Below are positions 63,483 to 64,000 of a stretch of 64,000 nucleotides of DNA, one piece after another. Numbering within the stretch: the stretch's first letter is position 1; each line of letters begins with the position of its first letter. Where the stretch lies: the NCBI GenBank assembly GCA_963813535.1, contig CAWEZH010000002.1, positions 256,001 to 320,000 of the forward strand, given 5' to 3'. A program made the translations under genes and the position numbers. This DNA comes from an uncultured Chloroflexia bacterium (GTDB taxonomy: Bacteria; Chloroflexota; Limnocylindria; Limnocylindrales; CSP1-4). The notes under the pieces were generated by a model. That model ran no database searches. It was not told the DNA's origin and saw only the letters and a list, made by a program, of their open reading frames with translations.

Positions 63483-63872
63483 ATGGCTGTCTATCAGGGA
63501 GCACGCCCTCGCACGATCGCCCTACCGGGTCGGCCACGGCTCCTCGACACGCCCTTGCCGACGCTGCCGAGGCGCCGCGCCCGGGCCGCGGTCCGTGCCA
63601 ACCGGACGGTCACCGCGCGACCCGGCCTGTTCCTCGGGTTGATCGTGGTCGCGTTCATGCTGGCCTTCTTCTCACTCGCGCAGCAGGTCCGGGTGTCGGC
63701 CACGAGCTACGACATCGGTCGGTTGCAGGTGGAGCGCGAGCGGCTCGACGCACGCCTCCAGGAGATCACCTCCGACGTGAGCCGACTCGGGCGCGAGCCC
63801 GCCGTCCGCAAGCTCGCCCTGGACGGTGGCCTCGGCGAGCTGGGCGAGGCCGTGACGCTTCCGGCGCGCTGA
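63483..63872 (+). CDS. FtsL-like cell division protein
   Basis: Basic N-terminus, one TM helix, coiled coil; position between rsmH and the PBP gene. Confidence 0.7.
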   Translation: MAVYQGARPRTIALPGRPRLLDTPLPTLPRRRARAAVRANRTVTARPGLFLGLIVVAFMLAFFSLAQQVRVSATSYDIGRLQVERERLDARLQEITSDVSRLGREPAVRKLALDGGLGELGEAVTLPAR

Positions 63873-63890
63873 TCGACTGAGCTGACAGCG

Positions 63891-64000
63891 ATGCTGGGTC
63901 GCACCGATTCCCGCCGCCGCCTGCTGGTCCTGCTGACGATCTTCGCCATCGGATCGCTCACCCTGTTTGCGCGGACGGCCTACTGGCAAGTCCTCAGGGG
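63891..64000 (+). CDS. Probable FtsI-like penicillin-binding protein (5' part only)
   Basis: MLGRTDSRRRLLVLL..LFARTAYWQV, a class-B PBP-like N-terminus; runs off the window. Confidence 0.7.
   Translation, partial: MLGRTDSRRRLLVLLTIFAIGSLTLFARTAYWQVLR

Overview
A GC-rich bacterial chromosomal window. Gene content (ECF/anti-sigma pairs, Cys-motif LysM protein, long RpoD, F420-type LLM genes) suggests Chloroflexota, probably Limnocylindria-like; this is inference only. Housekeeping blocks: deaD; dnaG-rpoD; tRNA-Asn(GTT); parA-parB; an acyl-CoA carboxylase / methylmalonyl-CoA mutase / epimerase operon; sucCD; idh plus a three-gene Sdh1-type succinate dehydrogenase; RNase HI; RNase P RNA; and the start of the dcw cluster (mraZ-rsmH-ftsL-ftsI). 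Two things stand out. (1) A parAB pair with DnaA boxes upstream is surrounded by four copies of a non-canonical 18-bp palindrome, TGTC(C/T)TTGCGCAAAGACA; three of them lie inside coding sequence. The ParB carries non-canonical residues at the positions that set DNA specificity, so this is a candidate parABS system with a new parS. (2) tRNA-Asn is followed by three spaced copies of its own 3' half. They bound three cargo segments that contain no integrase, and two of the copies share a conserved ~85-bp arm, so this is a candidate tRNA-anchored cassette array. Three otherwise intact genes have single-base lesions that may be assembly errors.
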